Shown piece by piece: positions 59,577 to 64,000 of a DNA stretch of 64,000 nt; within the stretch, counting starts at the first letter, position 1; every line of letters starts with the position of its first letter. Both the position numbers and the translations under genes were made by a program. Below the pieces are notes generated by a model, which was not told where the DNA came from, did not search any database, and saw only the letters and a program-made list of their open reading frames with translations. Source of the DNA: Pseudogymnoascus verrucosus (Eukaryota). The stretch lies in assembly GCA_001662655.1 (NCBI GenBank), contig KV460222.1, one strand, 5' to 3'.

Positions 59577-62500
59577 TGGGTACCCACTGTACGCGACGAC
59601 GACGCGATACGCGAAAGGGAAAGCGAGGTGGGATGGGATGAAAAGATGCCGGGGAGGGGGCGGGGGGCAAAAAGGGCGTTATCGATTACTGAGACGTGAC
59701 TAGGGAGGATGGAGGGGCGGGTGATTGGGGGGGAGAGCGCGGTGTGAATGAGGATGCGCGCGGCTAGGAGGGGGAGGGCTGGGCGGGAGGGGAGTGGATG
59801 GATGGATGGGTGATGTACGGTGATGTGGGATGGGATGTGCGCTGTACGGTGATGTGTGATGTGCGGGTAGGGTGGTGGTGTGGTGGTGCAGGTGCAGGTG
59901 CAGGAGGATGGAGGTGCTGCTGGTGGATGGATGTAAGGGGTTGTAAGACATATGGGATGGGATGGGAGCTGATGTATCGTCGTCGTCGTCGGAGTACAGC
60001 ACCGCTCATGTGCTGTCTCCCTCGGCATCGCGATTATTCACCCCATCGCGCACCCATCTCGTATCTCTTGCACCTCTCCCCTTCATCAGACGACTACCTC
60101 GGGACTGGACTCAACCCACGCAATCTATACCCCGAAGCTTTAGCACGCGGCAGCAGAAAAGACCAAGGCCGCGGCCCTCAGACTGATTGGATTAAGCAAA
60201 AAATCAACGACCCCCCGTGGCGTGGCGTTCCCCTGTCGCGTTTCATCTCGACGCGCTCTCGCTCTGCCCTGTGGTAGAGCGCGCAGGGGGTGGTGTGGCG
60301 TACCCACTTTTCCAAAACGCCAGTATGTTTGACAGAGTGCCGGGGTATAGGGTGGGTAGCGGTGCATCGTCGTCACGGCGGCGGGCGGTGGTGGACGTGG
60401 GGCTGGGCTGGTACAGCTGGGGGGCTTACGGAAGAGCGGTAGAGGAGATCGTTTGGTGGTGGTGGCGATGGGGGGTTCGTTGCAGGCAGCTACGCTACTG
60501 TATACTACCTGTACGGCGGCATAGGAAGGGGGTTTGTGGGCTTGTTTGATGTGAGATGTGGCGATGGTGGGCGATTGGGAAGGGCGTGCAGGGTTCATGT
60601 GGTGAGTGTGTGATGCCACTGTTTCCCTGTTCGCACGGCCCTTTGGTACCTTTCATACCGCCGCCGTCGTGTTCATCCCGACTCGACTGCAGCCCTTGGG
60701 TGTAATGAGGTGTTGTATGTTAATTGATCGACGTTTTGGGTGCTGTGAGGCTTTGAGCTTTTTGGGGGAGGGAGAGATTTGTTCAGGATGGGGGATGTGA
60801 CGGTGAGGAGATGGAGTAGAGTGAGTATTGGTACTATTGGTACTATTGCTTCTCTATACTCTCCGTCAAGAATACCATAACCACCCACTGGTTTTCTTCA
60901 CTCCCATCGCATCCCATCAATCATTTCCCACCCACCACACTACCACGACACCGTGCCCAACTCTATCTCCTAAGCTTCCGACCAGGGCGCCTCTAGTGTG
61001 TACGCCCCTAGCGGATCATCCAGCGCCAGCACACCCCCAAAGAAGCCCAGTCCCAAACCCACAAATACCACACTCACCTCGCTCCTGATGATGGGGGACA
61101 GGGATATTGATTGAGAATTCAATAGTCCGACTTGGGATGCTGCGAGGGCTGTCTCGAAACCCAGTGCTGTGGGACCGATTGGCGGGGATCGAACTGCAGT
61201 CGGGGGGGACGACCAGATGAATCTAAAACGGTGTGTGTTTCCTCTGGGGGCGCGAGGGGGCTGGATCGGGGTTGCGGTGGGGATGGGGGATGTTTTGGGG
61301 GGAGTGGATGATGCCGTACGAGTATACTGTAGTGCTAAACTGTGGTATGACTACGGTGATGGTGGAGGGTGGCGGGGTATAGTTGCGTGGCTCTATAGCA
61401 TTATGGAAATAATGTTTAGAGAGTGTTTATCTCACGTTTGACGGCGTCTTGCATGTGTCTGTACTGTAGATACTGTAGGTACTACTGAGCGAGTGTATCA
61501 TCCGGAGAGAGTGATACCCGCTGTGAGAGCATGTTAGAGAGGACAGAGGACAGACCGAACTACTGCACTCTACCTACAGTATATACCCGCCAATACCACC
61601 TTCCCATCATGCAGACGACAGAACATAAGACGGCGGGAAGATCGAAGAGACGAAAGCAAGCGTGTGTACTCTACTCTACTCGCCCTAGAGCATGCAAACC
61701 CTCTAGAACTATGCAGGGCTTGTTCCATCTGCCGTCTAGAAACATATCATATAGTGCTCTACCACGTCTACCACCTAACATAGAGTGCTGTGCGGTCTGT
61801 CCGGCTGTCATATGATGATGCCCTCTAGTGCTGGATAGCAGGGGCAGAGGATATATATTATATTTCAATATATTTTCACGGCTGACAGGCAGGGAAGGGA
61901 GGGGGAGCTGATAAAAGCTGGTAATTTTGATGCTGAAGAAACTGCTGTTCACTAACTGACCCCTTGATGCACTTTTTAGAATGCCCCCTTCTTTTCATAT
62001 GGAGAACTCCTTCATACTACTATTTCATACACTACTTCATACTACTACTACAAACTAGATAGAGTACTCACCATTCAAGGCAACCCCCTCCCTCCTCCCT
62101 CCTCCCCTCCCCTCCCTTCTACCCCCTCACCCTCCCTCCCTTCCCCCCCACACCCCTGACCTCCTGAACTAAACTTATCTAAAATCTTGTACTAGTACAT
62201 CAGTTACACTACTAAACCCTACACACATCCAAGTACCCCTACTTAAATCTAGCAATATACATCTCAGCTTCCCCCTCTAGAAAAATGTCTCCTCCAGGTC
62301 TTGTCTAGGTCTTGTCCATGTACTTTATCTGTGCGCATGCACCTGAAATATACTTCTCCACCCCCAGGACTGCCTTGTACCGTGTTACATCTTTCGTCGA
62401 GGCTGTTCCGTATTACTTCACTGCTAAACACTGCCAAACACACTACTAAACACTCCTACCACACAAGTAGAAGATACTTCCTAGAACCTCAAACAATAGT

Positions 62501-62607
62501 GTACACCCACTCCCCTCCCCCCATACAACACCAACACCAACATTCCATTTCACATCCCCAAATTCACAATTCCCACCAACTAACTCGAGTATACCGTCCT
62601 GTAACTG

Positions 62608-62735
62608 TACTCCTACTCCTACTCCTACTCCTCTTACACTCTTACTCTTACTCTTACTCCCATTTCTACTTCCACCACTATACTCCCTCCTCCTCCTCCT
62701 CCTTCTTCTCCTCCCTCCTCTTCCTCCTCCTCCTC
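62608..62735 (+). repeat. Pyrimidine-rich microsatellites (CTCCTA)n, (CTCTTA)n and (CCT)n in a leader/promoter
   Basis: Read directly. Confidence 0.85.
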
Positions 62736-63246
62736 GTCTCTCTAAAACTTCTTCCCCTCACTTTCATCTCCACCGACTCTTGACATCTTGCCTCTTCTGT
62801 ATCTATTAGAGTGGCAGATTTAATACCTCCCCTGCGTTTCGACCACCCCCACTCTTCATCCCTACTTGAATCGGGAGTCTAAGTAAGACCTACCAGTTCG
62901 CCATTCTTAAACCTAAACCTCAACCTTTCCACACCCCACCGAGACTTGAAGAAGAAGCAGGAAAACTGACTTGTGATCTCCGTCTCCAGCGCGCCTTCCT
63001 TCACACTTCTTGAACACCAGAGTCCAGCGTCTTGCCAATCCTCGTTTGGTGACACAGCTGCGCGCTGCCTTCAAGTTTGTTATATCCTCCCCCAAACTCG
63101 AGTATTGAGAGCCACGACTTCCGCGGCCCAATATCTCCTCACCGACACCGGTTCTTCAGTCGCACCACCAGGCTGCTTCTAAGCCGGAAGTGCTTCAGGA
63201 CGACTAGAACCACTTCGCCCTTGCTGCTCAGAACCCTACACACATC

Positions 63247-64000
63247 ATGAGTACTGCCATCGCAATGGCTCCGTCGCCCGCTCCCCACGACCGAAACGCA
63301 TACGTGGATATCGCGCCGTCAAACTCTTCGCCGCGCGAGACACGCATCTCTGCACCTATCGCATCGAATCACCATGCGCCGAGATCAGAGAGCACGAGTC
63401 CCAGAGGCTCATCAGGCTCAAAAGGCTCGCCAACGAGGTAAGTCAAGAATACAAGCTACAACCGCAGTCTCTCCCTCAAAATCCAAGCATGCTAACATCC
63501 CCCCTCTCAGTCTCCGAAATGCCCCTCCCCCCAAGATCATCGTCAAGAAAGAGCCCTCGTCGCCTGGCCTCCCCACCTCGCGCCACCGACCGCGCAAGCT
63601 CGACCTCTCCAAGAACAACTCCAGCGCCGCAAACTCGAACCAAAAAGGCACCGCCCCCCTCACCTCGCGAGAAACCGGCGGCCTCGCCATCCAAGACGTC
63701 GGCCTTGCCTGCCTCTCCCCCGGCTTCGTGACGCAAGATCCCACAATGCGCGAGCAGCTCCAGCGCAGCATCTCCGTGCGCGAACAGCAGCGCCACATCA
63801 TCGAGTCGCGGCTCCAACAGACCGCGCGACCGGGCGACGCGCCCCTCGATAGCGCGAAGGAGATGCCCGGACCCAGCGCATTCGGGGCTATGAAGACACC
63901 CGGCACATCGCGACGCAAGGCGCCTCCCGGACTTAGCATCGTGGCGCCCTCGCACGAGCAGTTCGCCAACGAGCGCGTCATCCAGTCCGCGCCGCTGAAT
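63247..64000 (+). CDS. Low-complexity fungal protein, 3' end beyond the window; possible MAPK/Ste12-associated regulator
   Basis: Intron 63438-63510 joins MSTAIAMAPSPAPHDR... to ...RHRPRKLDLS...IQDVGLACLSPGFVTQDPTMREQLQRSISVREQQRHIIESRL...RRKAPPGLSIVAPSHEQFANERVIQSAPLN; open to the window end; 5'UTR intron 62883-62989. Confidence 0.75.

Noticed and set aside
59570..62783. ORFs of 60-160 aa in the large intergenic region
   Set aside because: Pro/His/Ser- or Gly/Trp-rich translations of low-complexity C- or G-rich DNA, with no codon bias or domain signal.
1..64000. tRNA, rRNA, snRNA, telomeric arrays, stop-codon-readthrough PTS1 signals, secondary-metabolite cluster
   Set aside because: None recognised by eye; the stop contexts I inspected lack TGA-CTA followed by an SKL-like extension. 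A tRNAscan-SE or Rfam run would be needed to exclude them formally.

Overview
Gene-dense, intron-containing nuclear DNA of a filamentous ascomycete (Pezizomycotina). The style suggests a Leotiomycete such as Pseudogymnoascus, but that is an impression only. About 30 mostly housekeeping genes can be modelled by hand from GT-AG introns with CTRAC branch sites: ORC2, ARG7, myosin V, FAP7/AK6, HAM1/ITPA, a ZUFSP-type DUB, NDUFB2, BUR1/CDK9, an AMPK beta subunit, KAE1, RKM4/SETD6, EPL1, CNB1, MRPS9, eEF1B-gamma, a NIF-domain protein, RRP36, COQ8, ESS2, POP8, PP5, SPT4, KIN17, a Clr5-domain protein, BUD31, NDUFA6, RPC19 and a truncated low-complexity regulator-like gene. Many form head-to-head pairs. 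Non-coding or accessory elements include a probable hAT-like transposon end with a perfect 38-bp palindrome, a C/D snoRNA (snR38-like) in an eEF1B-gamma intron and a dual-specificity phosphatase pseudogene. I found no clearly novel multi-gene system. The best leads are regulatory: a positionally conserved CGATAAG motif before ribosome-biogenesis-type genes, a layered ARG7 leader (Gcn4 site, uORF and 5'UTR intron), CDK-flanked AT-hooks in Orc2, and MAPK-docking-like motifs in the last gene. All identifications are from motif recognition; no database searches were run.
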